In this document: positions 41,401 to 55,200 of the stretch, piece by piece | Layout: every line of letters begins with the position of its first letter | How positions within the stretch are numbered: position 1 is the first letter of the stretch | DNA from: the human T2T-CHM13v2.0 reference genome, Homo sapiens | Strand: one strand, 5' to 3' | Assembly: GCF_009914755.1 (NCBI RefSeq) | Contig: NC_060941.1 | DNA: 64,000 nucleotides | Made by a program: the position numbers and the translations under genes | Notes under the pieces: model-generated | Databases searched by the model: none | Told to the model about the DNA's origin: nothing | The model's input: only the letters and a program-made list of their open reading frames with translations

Positions 41401-42200
41401 TTCCATTCCATTCCATTCCATTCCATTCCATTCCATTCCGTTCCATTGCACTAGTTTTGTTTCCATTCCAGTCCATTCCATTCCATTCAAATCCATTCCA
41501 TTCCACTCCATTCCACTAGGATTGATTCAATTCCATTCTATTCCATTCCATTCCATTCCTTTCCATTCCATTACAATGCATTCCACTCAAGTTGATTCCA
41601 TTCCATTCCATTCCATTCCATTGCATTCCATTCCATTGCACTCCGTTCCATTCCTTTCCACTCGTGTTGATTCCATTCCGTTCCATTCCATTCCAATACA
41701 TTCCATTCCATTCCATTCGATTCCATTCCACTGGGGTTGGTTCCATTGCATTCCATTCCATTCCATACCATTCCATTCCATTCCAGTTGATGCACATACT
41801 TTCTATTCGATTCAATTCCATTCCATTCCACTCCGTTCCCTTCCATTCTATTCCATTCCATTGCATTCCATTCCATTCCAGTTGATTCAATACCATTCTC
41901 TTCCGTGCAATTCCATTCGATTCCCCTCCATTCGATTTCATTGCATTCCACCCTGGTAGATTCCATTCCATTTCATTCCATTCCATTCCATTCCATTCAT
42001 TTCCAGTTGTTTCCCTTCCATTCCATTCCATTATATTCCACTCGGGTTGTTTCCATCGCATTCCATTCCATTCCATTCCATTCTATTCCATTCCACTCCA
42101 GTTGAATCAATTTGATTGTGTTCCATAACATTCCATTCCATTCCATTCCATACCATTCCATTCCATTCCATTCCATTCCATTCCATTCCATTCCGTTCCA
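35500..42200 (+). repeat. Block of locally homogenised HOR units (CCCTGGTAGA / TGCACATACT haplotype)
   Basis: TGCAC ATACT at 37306, 39541, 41791. CCCTGGTAGA at 37466, 39701, 41951. CTCCACGTCA at 35651, 37871. ATCGGGTTGA at 36081, 38316. Confidence 0.85.
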
Positions 42201-42829
42201 GTTGATTCAATTCCATACTATTGTATTCTTTTCTATTCTATTTGATTCCATTCCATTCCATTCCTCTTGGATGGATTCCATACCATTCCATTCCATTCCG
42301 TTCCATTCCATTCGTGTTGTTTCCATTCCATTCCATTCCATTCCATTCGAATTCATTCCATTCCTCTCCATGTCACTGGGATTGATTCAATTCCATTCTA
42401 ATCCATTCCATTCCACTCCATTACATTCGATAACATTACATTCCACTCAGTTTGATTCAACTCCATTCCATTCCATTCCATTCCATTCCATTCCATTCCA
42501 TTCCATTCCATTCCATTCCATTCCTTTCTATTACACGGCGGTTGATTCCATTCCATTCCCTTCCATTCCATTCCACTCGAATGGATTCAATTCCATTCTG
42601 TTCCATTCTATTCCATTCCATTCCATTCCATTCCATTCCACTCGGGTTCATTCCATTCCATTCCTTTCCATTCCATTCCACTAGGGTTGATTTCCTTACA
42701 TTCCATTCGAATCCATTCCATTCCATTCCATTCTATTCCATTCCATTCCATTCCATTCCATTCCACACGGGTTGATTCCATTCCATTTCATTCCTTTCCA
42801 TTCCATTCCATTCCATTCCACTCGGGTTG

Positions 42830-45800
42830 ATTCAATTCCATTCTATTCCATTCCATTCCGTTCCATTCCATTCCACTCGGGTTGATACCAGTCCATTCCA
42901 TTCCATTCCATTCCATTCCATTCGATTTCAGTTGATTCTATTCCTTTCTATTCCATTAAATGCCATTCCATTCCATTCCATTACATTCCAGTTAAATCCG
43001 TTATATTCCATTCCATTCCATTCCACTCGGGTTCATTCCATTCTGTTGTATTCCATTCCATTCCATTCTATTCCATACCATTCCATTCCATTGCATTCCA
43101 CTCGGGTTGATTCTATTCCATTCTGTTCCATTGCATTCCATTCCGCTCCGTTGCATTCCATTGCATTCCATTCGGGTTGATTCAATTCCATTCTATTCCA
43201 TTCCATTCCATTCCTTTCCACGCGAGTTGATAAAATTCCATTCTATTCCTTTCCTTTCAATTCCATTCCATTCCATTCCACTCTGGTTGATTACATTCCA
43301 TTCCATGCCATTCAATTCCACTCGGTGTGATTCCTTTCCATTCCATTCCCTTCCATTTCAATCCATTGCTTTCCTTTCCATTCCAATTAATACAATTCCA
43401 TTCTATTCGATTCCATTCCTTTCCATTCCATTCCATTCCATTCCATTCCATTCCATTCCATTCCAGTTGATTCCATTCCATTCCTTTCGATTCCATTCCA
43501 TTCCATTCCATTCCATTCCATTCCATTCCATTCCACTCGGGTTGATTCCATTCCATTCCAGTCCATTCCATTCCACTCGGATGGGTTCCATTCCATTCCA
43601 TTCCATTCCTTTCCATTCCATTCCGTTCCACTCGGGTTGATTCCGTTCCAATCCATTCCATTCCAATCCATTCCTTTCCGTTCCATTCCATTCCATTCCA
43701 TTCCATTCCATTCCGTTCCATTGCACTAGTTTTGTTTCCATTCCAGTCCATTCCATTCCTTTCAAATCCATTCCATTCCACTCCATTCCACTAGGATTGA
43801 TTCAATTCCATTCTATTCCATTCCATTCCATTCCTTTCCATTCCATTACAATGCATTCCACTCAAGTTGATTCCATTCCATTCCATTCCATTCCATTGCA
43901 TTCCATTCCATTGCACTCCATTCCATTCCTTTCCACTCGTGTTGATTCCATTCCGTTCCATTCCATTCCAATAAATTGCATTCCATTCCATTCGATTCCA
44001 TTCCACTGGGGTTGGTTCCATTGCATTCCATTCCATTCCATACCATTCCATTCCATTCCAGTTGATGCAAATACTTTCTATTCGATTCAATTCCATTCCA
44101 TTCCACTCCGTTCCCTTCCATTCTATTCCATTCCATTGCATTCCATTCCATTCCAGTTGATTCAATACCATTCTCTTCCGTGTAATTCCATTCGATTCCA
44201 CTCCATTCGATTTCATTGCATTCCACTCGGGTAGATTCCATTCCATTTCATTCCATTCCATTCCATTCCATTCATTTCCAGTTGATTCCCTTCCATTCCA
44301 TTCCATTATATTCCACTCGGGTTGTTTCCATCGCATTCCATTCCATTCCATTCCATTCTATTCCATTCCACTCCAGTTGAATCAATTTGATTCTATTCCA
44401 TATCATTCCATTCCATTCCATTCCATACCATTCCATTCCATTCCATTCCATTCCGTTCCAGTTGATTCAATTCCATACTATTGTATTCTTTTCTATTCTA
44501 TTTGATTCCATTTCATTCCATTCCTCTCGGATGGATTCCATGCCATTCCATTCCATTCCGTTCCATTCCATTCGTGTTGTTTCCATTCCATTCCATTCGA
44601 ATTCATTCCATTCCTCTCCATGTCACTGGGATTGATTCAATTCCATTCTAATCCATTCCATTCCACTCCATTACATTCGATAACATTACATTCCACTCAG
44701 TTTGATTCAACTCCATTCCATTCCATTCCATTCCATTCCATTCCATTCCATTCCATTCCATTCCATTCCATTCCGTTCCTTTCTATTACACGGCGGTTGA
44801 TTCCATTCCATTCCCTTCCATTCTATTCCACTCGAATGGATTCAATTCCATTCTGTTCCATTCTATTCCATTCCATTCCATTCCATTCCATTCCACTCGG
44901 TTTCATTCCATTCCATTCCTTTCCATTCCATTCCACTAGGGTTGCTTTCCTTACATTCCATTCGAATCCATTCCATTCCCTTCCATTCCATTCCATTCCA
45001 TTCCATTCCATTCCATTCCATTCCATTCCATTCCACTCGGGTTGATTCCATTCCATTTCATTCCTTTCCATTCCATTCCATTCCATTCCACTCGGGTTGA
45101 TTCAATTCCATTCTATTCCATTCCATTCCGTTCCATTCCATTCCACTCGGGTTGATACCAGTCCATTCCATTCCATTCCATTCCATTCCATTCGATTTCA
45201 GTTGATTCTATTCCTTTCTATTCCATTAAATGCCATTCCATTCCATTCCATTACATTCCAGTTAAATCCGTTATATTCCATTCCATTCCATTCCACTCGG
45301 GTTCATTCCATTCTGTTGTATTCCATTCCATTCCATTCTATTCCATACCATTCCATTCCATTGCATTCCACTCGGGTTGATTCTATTCCATTCTGTTCCA
45401 TTGCATTCCATTCCGCTCCGTTGCATTCCATTGCATTCCATTCGGGTTGATTCAATTCCATTCTATTCCATTCCATTCCATTCCTTTCCACGCGAGTTGA
45501 TAAAATTCCATTCTATTCCTTTCCTTTCAATTCCATTCCATTCCATTCCACTCTGGTTGATTACATTCCATTCCATGCCATTCTATTCCACTCGGTGTGA
45601 TTCCTTTCCATTCCATTCCCTTCCATTTCAATCCATTGCTTTCCTTTCCATTCCAATTAATACAATTCCATTCTATTCGATTCCATTCCTTTCCATTCCA
45701 TTCCATTCCATTCCATTCCATTCCATTCCATTCCAGTTGATTCCATTCCATTCCTTTCGATTCCATTCCATTCCATTCCATTCCATTCCATTCCATTCCA

Positions 45801-47370
45801 TTCCACTCGGGTTGATTCCATTCCATTCCAGTCCATTCCATTCCACTCGGATGGGTTCCATTCCATTCCATTCCATTCCTTTCCATTCCATTCCGTTCCA
45901 CTCGGGTTGATTCCGTTCCAATCCATTCCATTCCAATCCATTCCTTTCCGTTCCATTCCATTCCATTCCATTCCATTCCATTCCGTTCCATTGCACTAGT
46001 TTTGTTTCCATTCCAGTCCATTCCATTCCTTTCAAATCCATTCCATTCCACTCCATTCCACTAGGATTGATTCAATTCCATTCTATTCCATTCCATTCCA
46101 TTCCTTTCCATTCCATTACAATGCATTCCACTCAAGTTGATTCCATTCCATTCCATTCCATTCCATTGCATTCCATTCCATTGCACTCCATTCCATTCCT
46201 TTCCACTCGTGTTGATTCCATTCCGTTCCATTCCATTCCAATAAATTGCATTCCATTCCATTCGATTCCATTCCACTGGGGTTGGTTCCATTGCATTCCA
46301 TTCCATTCCATACCATTCCATTCCATTCCAGTTGATGCAAATACTTTCTATTCGATTCAATTCCATTCCATTCCACTCCGTTCCCTTCCATTCTATTCCA
46401 TTCCATTGCATTCCATTCCATTCCAGTTGATTCAATACCATTCTCTTCCGTGTAATTCCATTCGATTCCACTCCATTCGATTTCATTGCATTCCACTCGG
46501 GTAGATTCCATTCCATTTCATTCCATTCCATTCCATTCCATTCATTTCCAGTTGATTCCCTTCCATTCCATTCCATTATATTCCACTCGGGTTGTTTCCA
46601 TCGCATTCCATTCCATTCCATTCCATTCTATTCCATTCCACTCCAGTTGAATCAATTTGATTCTATTCCATATCATTCCATTCCATTCCATTCCATACCA
46701 TTCCATTCCATTCCATTCCATTCCGTTCCAGTTGATTCAATTCCATACTATTGTATTCTTTTCTATTCTATTTGATTCCATTTCATTCCATTCCTCTCGG
46801 ATGGATTCCATGCCATTCCATTCCATTCCGTTCCATTCCATTCGTGTTGTTTCCATTCCATTCCATTCGAATTCATTCCATTCCTCTCCATGTCACTGGG
46901 ATTGATTCAATTCCATTCTAATCCATTCCATTCCACTCCATTACATTCGATAACATTACATTCCACTCAGTTTGATTCAACTCCATTCCATTCCATTCCA
47001 TTCCATTCCATTCCATTCCATTCCATTCCATTCCATTCCGTTCCTTTCTATTACACGGCGGTTGATTCCATTCCATTCCCTTCCATTCTATTCCACTCGA
47101 ATGGATTCAATTCCATTCTGTTCCATTCTATTCCATTCCATTCCATTCCATTCCATTCCACTCGGTTTCATTCCATTCCATTCCTTTCCATTCCATTCCA
47201 CTAGGGTTGCTTTCCTTACATTCCATTCGAATCCATTCCATTCCCTTCCATTCCATTCCATTCCATTCCATTCCATTCCATTCCATTCCATTCCATTCCA
47301 TTCCACTCGGGTTGATTCCATTCCATTTCATTCCTTTCCATTCCATTCCATTCCATTCCACTCGGGTTGA
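42830..47370 (+). repeat. Two near-identical adjacent HOR units (2270-bp period)
   Basis: TGTAA 44181/46451, TGCCA 44541/46811, GTTGC TTTCC 44941/47206, TTCCT TTCAA 43756/46026. Confidence 0.88.
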
Positions 47371-47760
47371 TTCAATTCCATTCTATTCCATTCCATTCCG
47401 TTCCATTCCATTCCACTCGGGTTGATACCAGTCCATTCCATTCCATTCCATTCCATTCCATTCGATTTCAGTTGATTCTATTCCTTTCTATTCCATTAAA
47501 TGCCATTCCATTCCATTCCATTACATTCCAGTTAAATCCGTTATATTCCATTCCATTCCATTCCACTCGGGTTCATTCCATTCTGTTGTATTCCATTCCA
47601 TTCCATTCTATTCCATACCATTCCATTCCATTGCATTCCACTCGGGTTGATTCTATTCCATTCTGTTCCATTGCATTCCATTCCGCTCCGTTCCATTCCA
47701 TTGCATTCCATTCGGGTTGATTCAATTCCATTCTATTCCATTCCATTCCATTCCTTTCCA

Positions 47761-50320
47761 CGCGAGTTGATAAAATTCCATTCTATTCCTTTCCTTTCAA
47801 TTCCATTCCATTCCATTCCACTCTGGTTGATTACATTCCATTCCATGCCGTTCTATTCCACTCGGTGTGATTCCTTTCCATTCCATTCCCTTCCATTTCA
47901 ATCCATTGCTTTCCTTTCCATTCCAATTAATACAATACCATTCTATTCGATTCCATTCCTTTCCATTCCATTCCATTCCATTCCATTCCATTCCATTCCA
48001 GTTGATTCCATTCCATTCCTTTCGATTCCATTCCATTCCATTCCATTCCATTCCACTCGGGTTGATTCCATTCCATTCCAGTCCATTCCATTCCACTCGG
48101 ATGGGTTCCATTCCATTCCATTCCATTCCTTTCCATTCCATTCCATTCCACTCGGGTTGATTCCGTTCCAATCCATTCCATTCCAATCCATTCCTTTCCG
48201 TTCCATTGGATTCCATTCCATTCCATTCCATTCCATTCCATTCCGTTCCATTGAACTAGTTTTGTTTCCATTCCAGTCCATTCCATTCCATTCAAATCCA
48301 TTCCATTCCACTCCATTCCACTAGGATTGATTCAATTCCATTCTATTCCATTCCATTCCATTCCTTTCCATTCCATTACAATGCATTCCACTCAAGTTGA
48401 TTCCATTCCAGTCCATTCCATTCCACTCGGATGGGTTCCATTCCATTCCATTCCATTCCTTTCCATTACATTCTGTTCCACTAGGGTTGATTCCGTTCCA
48501 ATCCATTCCATTCCAATCCATTCCTTTCCGTTCCATTCCATTCCATTCCATTCCATTCCGTTCCATTGCACTAGTTTTGTTTCCATTCCTGTCCATTCCA
48601 TTCCATTCAAATCCATTCCATTCCACTCCATTCCACTAGGATTGATTCAATTCCATTCTATTCCATTCCATTCCTTTCCATTCCATTACAATGCATTCCA
48701 CTCAAGTTGATTCCATTCCATTCCATTCCATTCCATTGCATTCCATTCCATTGCACTCCATTCCGTTCCTTTCCACTCGTGTTGATTCCATTCCGTTCCA
48801 TTCCATTCCAATACATTCCATTCCATTCCATTCGATTCCATTCCACTGGGGTTGGTTCCATTGCATTCCATTCCATTCCATACCATTCCATTCCATTCCA
48901 GTTGGTGCAAATACTTTCTATTCGATTCAATTCCATTCCATTCCACTCCGTTCCCTTCCATTCTATTCCATTCCATTGCATTCCATTCCATTCCAGTTGA
49001 TTCAATACCATTCTCTTCCGTGCAATTCCATTCGATTCCCCTCCATTCGATTTCATTGCATTCCACTCGGGTAGATTCCATTCCATTTCATTCCATTCCA
49101 TTCCATTCCATTCATTTCCAGTTGATTCCCTTCCATTCCATTCCATTATATTCCACTCGGTTTTTTTCCATCGCATTCCATTCCATTCCATTCCATTCTA
49201 TTCCATTCCACTCCAGTTGAATCAATTTGATTCTGTTCCATATCATTCCATTCCATTCCATTCCATACCATTCCATTCCATTCCATTCCATTCCATTCCA
49301 TTCCGTTCCAGTTGATTCTATTCCACACTATTGTATTCTTTTCTATTCTATTTGATTCCATTCCATTCCATTCCTCTCGGATGGATTCCATACCATTCCA
49401 TTCCATTCCGTTCCATTCCATTCGTGTTGTTTCCATTCCATTCCATTCCATTCCATTCGAATTCATTCCATTCCTCTCCATGTCACTGGGATTGATTCAA
49501 TTCCATTCTAATCCATTCCATTCCACTCCATTACATTCGATAACATTACATTCCACTCAGTTTGATTCAACTCCATTCCATTCCATTCCATTCCATTCCA
49601 TTCCATTCCATTCCATTCCATTCCTTTCTATTACACGGCGGTTGATTCCATTCCATTCCCTTCCATTCCATTCCACTCGAATGGATTCAATTCCATTCTG
49701 TTCCATTCTATTCCATTCCATTCCATTCCATTCCATTCCACTCGGGTTCATTCCATTCCATTCCTTTCCATTCCATTCCACTAGGGTTGATTTCCTTACA
49801 TTCCATTCGAATCCATTCCATTCCATTCCATTCTATTCCATTCCATTCCATTCCATTCCATTCCACACGGGTTGATTCCATTCCATTTCATTCCTTTCCA
49901 TTCCATTCCATTCCATTCCACTCGGGTTGATTCAATTCCATTCTATTCCATTCCATTCCGTTCCATTCCATTCCACTCGGGTTGATACCAGTCCATTCCA
50001 TTCCATTCCATTCCATTCCATTCGATTTCAGTTGATTCTATTCCTTTCTATTCCATTAAATGCCATTCCATTCCATTCCATTACATTCCAGATAAATCCG
50101 TTATATTCCATTCCATTCCATTCCACTCGGGTTCATTCCATTCTGTTGTATTCCATTCCATTCCATTCTATTCCATACCATTCCATTCCATTGCATTCCA
50201 CTCGGGTTGATTCTATTCCATTCTGTTCCATTGCATTCCATTCGGCTCCGTTCCATTCCATTGCATTCCATTCGGGTTGATTCAATTCCATTCTATTCCA
50301 TTCCATTCCATTCCTTTCCA
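47761..50320 (+). repeat. HOR unit (2560 bp) carrying only the ~305-bp duplication
   Basis: The junction CTCAAGTTGA TTCCA TTCCA GTCCA at 48391 is identical to those at 16681 and 22406. ACTAGT occurs twice (48255, 48570). There is no 0.9-kb duplication. Confidence 0.88.
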
Positions 50321-52565
50321 CGCGAGTTGATAAAATTCCATTCTATTCCTTTCCTTTCAATTCCATTCCATTCCATTCCACTCTGGTTGATTACATTCCA
50401 TTCCATGCCATTCTATTCCACTCGGTGTGATTCCTTTCCATTCCATTCCCTTCCATTTCAATCCATTGCTTTCCTTTCCATTCCAATTAATACAATTCCA
50501 TTCTATTCGATTCCATTCCTTTCCATTCCATTCCATTCCAGTTGATTCCATTCCATTCCTTTCGATTCCATTCCATTCCATTCCATTCCATTCCATTCCA
50601 TTCCATTCCACACGGGTTGATTCCATTCCATTCCAGTCCATTCCATTCCACTCGGATGGGTTCCATTCCATTCCATTCCATTCCTTTCCATTCCATTCCG
50701 TTCCACTCGGGTTGATTCCGTTCCAATCCATTCCATTCCAATCCATTCCTTTCCGTTCCATTCCATTCCATTCCATTCCATTCCATTCCATTCCATTCCG
50801 TTCCATTGCACTAGTTTTGTTTCCATTCCAGTCCATTCCATTCCATTCAAATCCATTCCATTCCAGTCCATTCCACTAGGATTGATTCAATTCCATTCTA
50901 TTCCATTCCATTCCATTCCTTTCCATTCCATTACAATGCATTCCACTCAAGTTGATTCCATTCCATTCCATTCCATTCCATTGCATTCCATTCCATTGCA
51001 CTCCATTCCATTCCTTTCCACTCGTGTTGATTCCATTCCGTTCCATTCCATTCCAATAAATTGAATTCCATTCCATTAGATTCCATTCCACTGGGGTTGG
51101 TTCCATTGCATTCCATTCCATTCCATACCATTCCATTCCATTCCAGTTGATGCAAATACTTTCTATTCGACTCAATTCCATTCCATTCCACTCCGTTCCC
51201 TTCCATTCTATTCCATTCCATTGCATTCCATTCCATTCCAGTTGATTCAATACCATTCTCTTCCGTGCAATTCCATTCGATTCCCCTCCATTCGATTTCA
51301 TTGCATTCCACTCGGGTAGATTCCATTCCATTTCATTCCATTCCATTCCATTCCATTCATTTCCAGTTGATTCCCTTCCATTCCATTCCATTATATTCCA
51401 CTCGGTTTGTTTCCATCGCATTCCATTCCATTCCATTCCATTCTATTCCATTCCACTCCAGTTGAATCAATTTGATTCTGTTCCATATCATTCCATTCCA
51501 TTCCATTCCATACCATTCCATTCCATTCCATTCCATTCCATTCCATTCCGTTCCAGTTGATTCTATTCCACACTATTGTATTCTTTTCTATTCTATTTGA
51601 TTCCATTCCATTCCATTCCTCTCGGATGGATTCCATACCATTCCATTCCATTCCGTTCCATTCCATTCGTGTTGTTTCCATTCCATTCCATTCCATTCCA
51701 TTCGAATTCATTCCATTCCTCTCCATGTCACTGGGATTGATTCAATTCCATTCTAATCCATTCCATTCCACTCCATTACATTCGATAACATTACATTCCA
51801 CTCAGTTTGATTCAACTCCATTCCATTCCATTCCATTCCATTCCATTCCATTCCATTCCATTCCATTCCTTTCTATTACACGGCGGTTGATTCCATTCCA
51901 TTCCCTTCCATTCCATTCCACTCGAATGGATTCAATTCCATTCTGTTCCATTCTATTCCATTCCATTCCATTCCATTCCATTCCACTCGGGTTCATTCCA
52001 TTCCATTCCTTTCCATTCCATTCCACTAGGGTTGATTTCCTTACATTCCATTCGAATCCATTCCATTCCATTCCATTCTATTCCATTCCATTCCATTCCA
52101 TTCCATTCCACACGGGTTGATTCCATTCCATTTCATTCCTTTCCATTCCATTCCATTCCATTCCACTCGGGTTGATTCAATTCCATTCTATTCCATTCCA
52201 TTCCGTTCCATTCCATTCCACTCGGGTTGATACCAGTCCATTCCATTCCATTCCATTCCATTCCATTCGATTTCAGTTGATTCTATTCCTTTCTATTCCA
52301 TTAAATGCCATTCCATTCCATTCCATTACATTCCAGTTAAATCCGTTATATTCCATTCCATTCCATTCCACTCGGGTTCATTCCATTCTGTTGTATTCCA
52401 TTCCATTCCATTCTATTCCATACCATTCCATTCCATTGCATTCCACTCGGGTTGATTCTATTCCATTCTGTTCCATTGCATTCCATTCCGCTCCGTTCCA
52501 TTCCATTGCATTCCATTCGGGTTGATTCAATTCCATTCTATTCCATTCCATTCCATTCCTTTCCA

Positions 52566-55200
52566 CGCGAGTTGATAAAATTCCATTCTATTCCTTTCCT
52601 TTCAATTCCATTCCATTCCATTCCACTCTGGTTGATTACATTCCATTCCATGCCATTCTATTCCACTCGGTGTGATTCCTTTCCATTCCATTCCCTTCCA
52701 TTTCAATCCATTGCTTTCCTTTCCATTCCAATTAATACAATTCCATTCTATTCGATTCCATTCCTTTCCTTTCCATTCCATTCCATTCCATTCCATTCCA
52801 TTCCAGTTGATTCCATTCCATTCCTTTCGATTCCATTCCATTCCATTCCATTCCATTCCATTCCACACTGGTTGATTCCATTCCATTCCAGTCCATTCCA
52901 TTCCACTCGGATGGGTTCCATTCCATTCCATTCCATTCCTTTCCATTCCATTCCGTTCCACTCGGGTTGATTCCGTTCCAATCCATTCCATTCCAATCCA
53001 TTCCTTTCCGTTTCATTCCATTCCATTCCATTCCATTCCATTCCATTCCGTTCCATTGCACTAGTTTTGTTTCCATTCCAGTCCATTCCATTCCATTCAA
53101 ATCCATTCCATTCCTGTCCATTCCACTAGGATTGATTCAATTCCATTCTATTCCATTCCATTCCATTCCTTTCCATTCCATTACAATGCATTCCACTCAA
53201 GTTGATTCCATTCCATTCCATTCCATTCCATTGCATTCCATTCCATTGCACTCCATTCCATTCCTTTCCACTCGTGTTGATTCCATTCCGTTCCATTCCA
53301 TTCCAATAAATTGCATTCCATTCCATTCGATTCCATTCCACTGGGGTTGGTTCCATTGCATTCCATTCCATTCCATACCATTCCATTCCATTCCAGTTGA
53401 TGCAAATACTTTCTATTCGATTCAATTCCATTCCATTCCACTCCGTTCCCTTCCATTCTATTCCATTCCATTGCATTCCATTCCATTCCAGTTGATTCAA
53501 TACCATTCTCTTCCGTGCAATTCCATTCGATTCCACTCCATTCGATTTCATTGCATTCCACTCGGGTAGATTCCATTCCATTTAATTCCATTCCATTCCA
53601 TTTCATTCCATTCCATTCCATTCCATTCCTTTCTATTACACGGCGGTTGATTCCATTCCATTCCCTTCCATTTCATTCCACTCGAATGGATTCAATTCCA
53701 TTCTGTTCCATTCTATTCCATTCCATTCCACTCGGGTTCATTCCATTCCATTCCTTTCCATTCCATTCCACTAGGGTTGATTTCCTTACATTCCATTCGA
53801 ATCCATTCCATTCCATTCCATTCTATTCCATTCCATTCCACACGGGTTGATTCCATTGCATTTCATTCCTTTCCATTCCATTCCATTGCATTCCACTCGG
53901 GTTGATTCAATTCCATTCTATTCCATTCCCTTCCGTTCCATTCCATTCCACTCGGGTTGATACCAGTCCATTCCATTCCATTCCATTCCATTCCATTCGA
54001 TTTCAGTTGATTCTATTCCTTTCTATTCCATTAAATGCCATTCCATTCCATTCCATTACATTCCAGTTAAATCCGTTATATTCCATTCCATTCCATTCCA
54101 CTCGGGTTCATTCCATTCTGTTGTATTCCATTCCATTCCATTCTATTCCATACCATTCCATTCCATTGCATTCCACTCGGGTTGATTCTATTCCATTCTG
54201 TTCCATTCCATTCCATTCCGTTCCAGTTGATTCAATTCCATACTATTGTATTCTTTTCTATTCTATTTGATTCCATTTCATTCCATTCCTCTCGGATGGA
54301 TTCCATACCATTCCATTCCATTCCGTTCCATTCCATTCGTGTTGTTTGCATTCCATTCCATTCCATTCCATTCGAATTCATTCCACTCCTCTCCATGTCA
54401 CTGGGATTGATTCAATTCCATTCTAATCCATTCCATTCCACTCCATTACATTCGATAACATTACATTCCACTCAGATTGATTCAACTCCTTTCCATTCCA
54501 TTCCACTCCATTCCATTCCATTCCTTTCTATTACACGGCGGTTGATTCCATTCCATTCCCTTCCATTCCATTCCACTCGAATGGATTCAATTCCATTCTG
54601 TTCCATTCTATTCCATTCCATTCCATTCCATTCCATTCCATTCCTTTCCATTCCATTCCACTAGGGTTGATTTCCTTACATTCCATTCGAATCCATTCCA
54701 TTCCATTCCATTCCATTCCATTCCATTCCATTCCATTCCATTCCACTCGGGTTGATTCCATTCCAATTCATTCCTTTCCATTCCATTCCATTCCATTCCA
54801 CTCGGGTTGATTCAATTCCATTCTATTCCATTCCATTCCGTTCAATTCCATTCCACTCGGGTTGATACCAGTCCATTCCATTCCATTCCATTCCATTCCA
54901 TTCGATTTCAGTTGATTCTATTCCTTTCTATTCCATTAAATGCCATTCCATTCCATTCCATTACATTCCAGTTAAATCCGTTATATTCCATTCCATTCCA
55001 TTCCACTCGGGTTCATTCCATTCTGTTGTATTCCATTCCATTCCATTCTATTCCATACCATTCCATTCCATTGCATTCCACTCGGGTTGATTCTATTCCA
55101 TTCTGTTCCATTGCATTCCATTCCGCTCCGTTCCATTCCATTGCATTCCATTCGTGTTGATTCAATTCCATTCTATTCCATTCCATTCCATTCCTTTCCA
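52566..55200 (+). repeat. Rearranged HOR unit (2635 bp): ~490-bp deletion at ~53600 plus the ~0.9-kb duplication junction at ~54200
   Basis: CTCGGGTAGA (53561) to CGGCG (53641) is 80 bp, versus 570 bp in the previous unit (51311 to 51881). The junction TTCTG TTCCA..TTCCG TTCCA GTTGA..TACTATTGTA at 54196-54250 matches 18486-18540. Confidence 0.87.
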
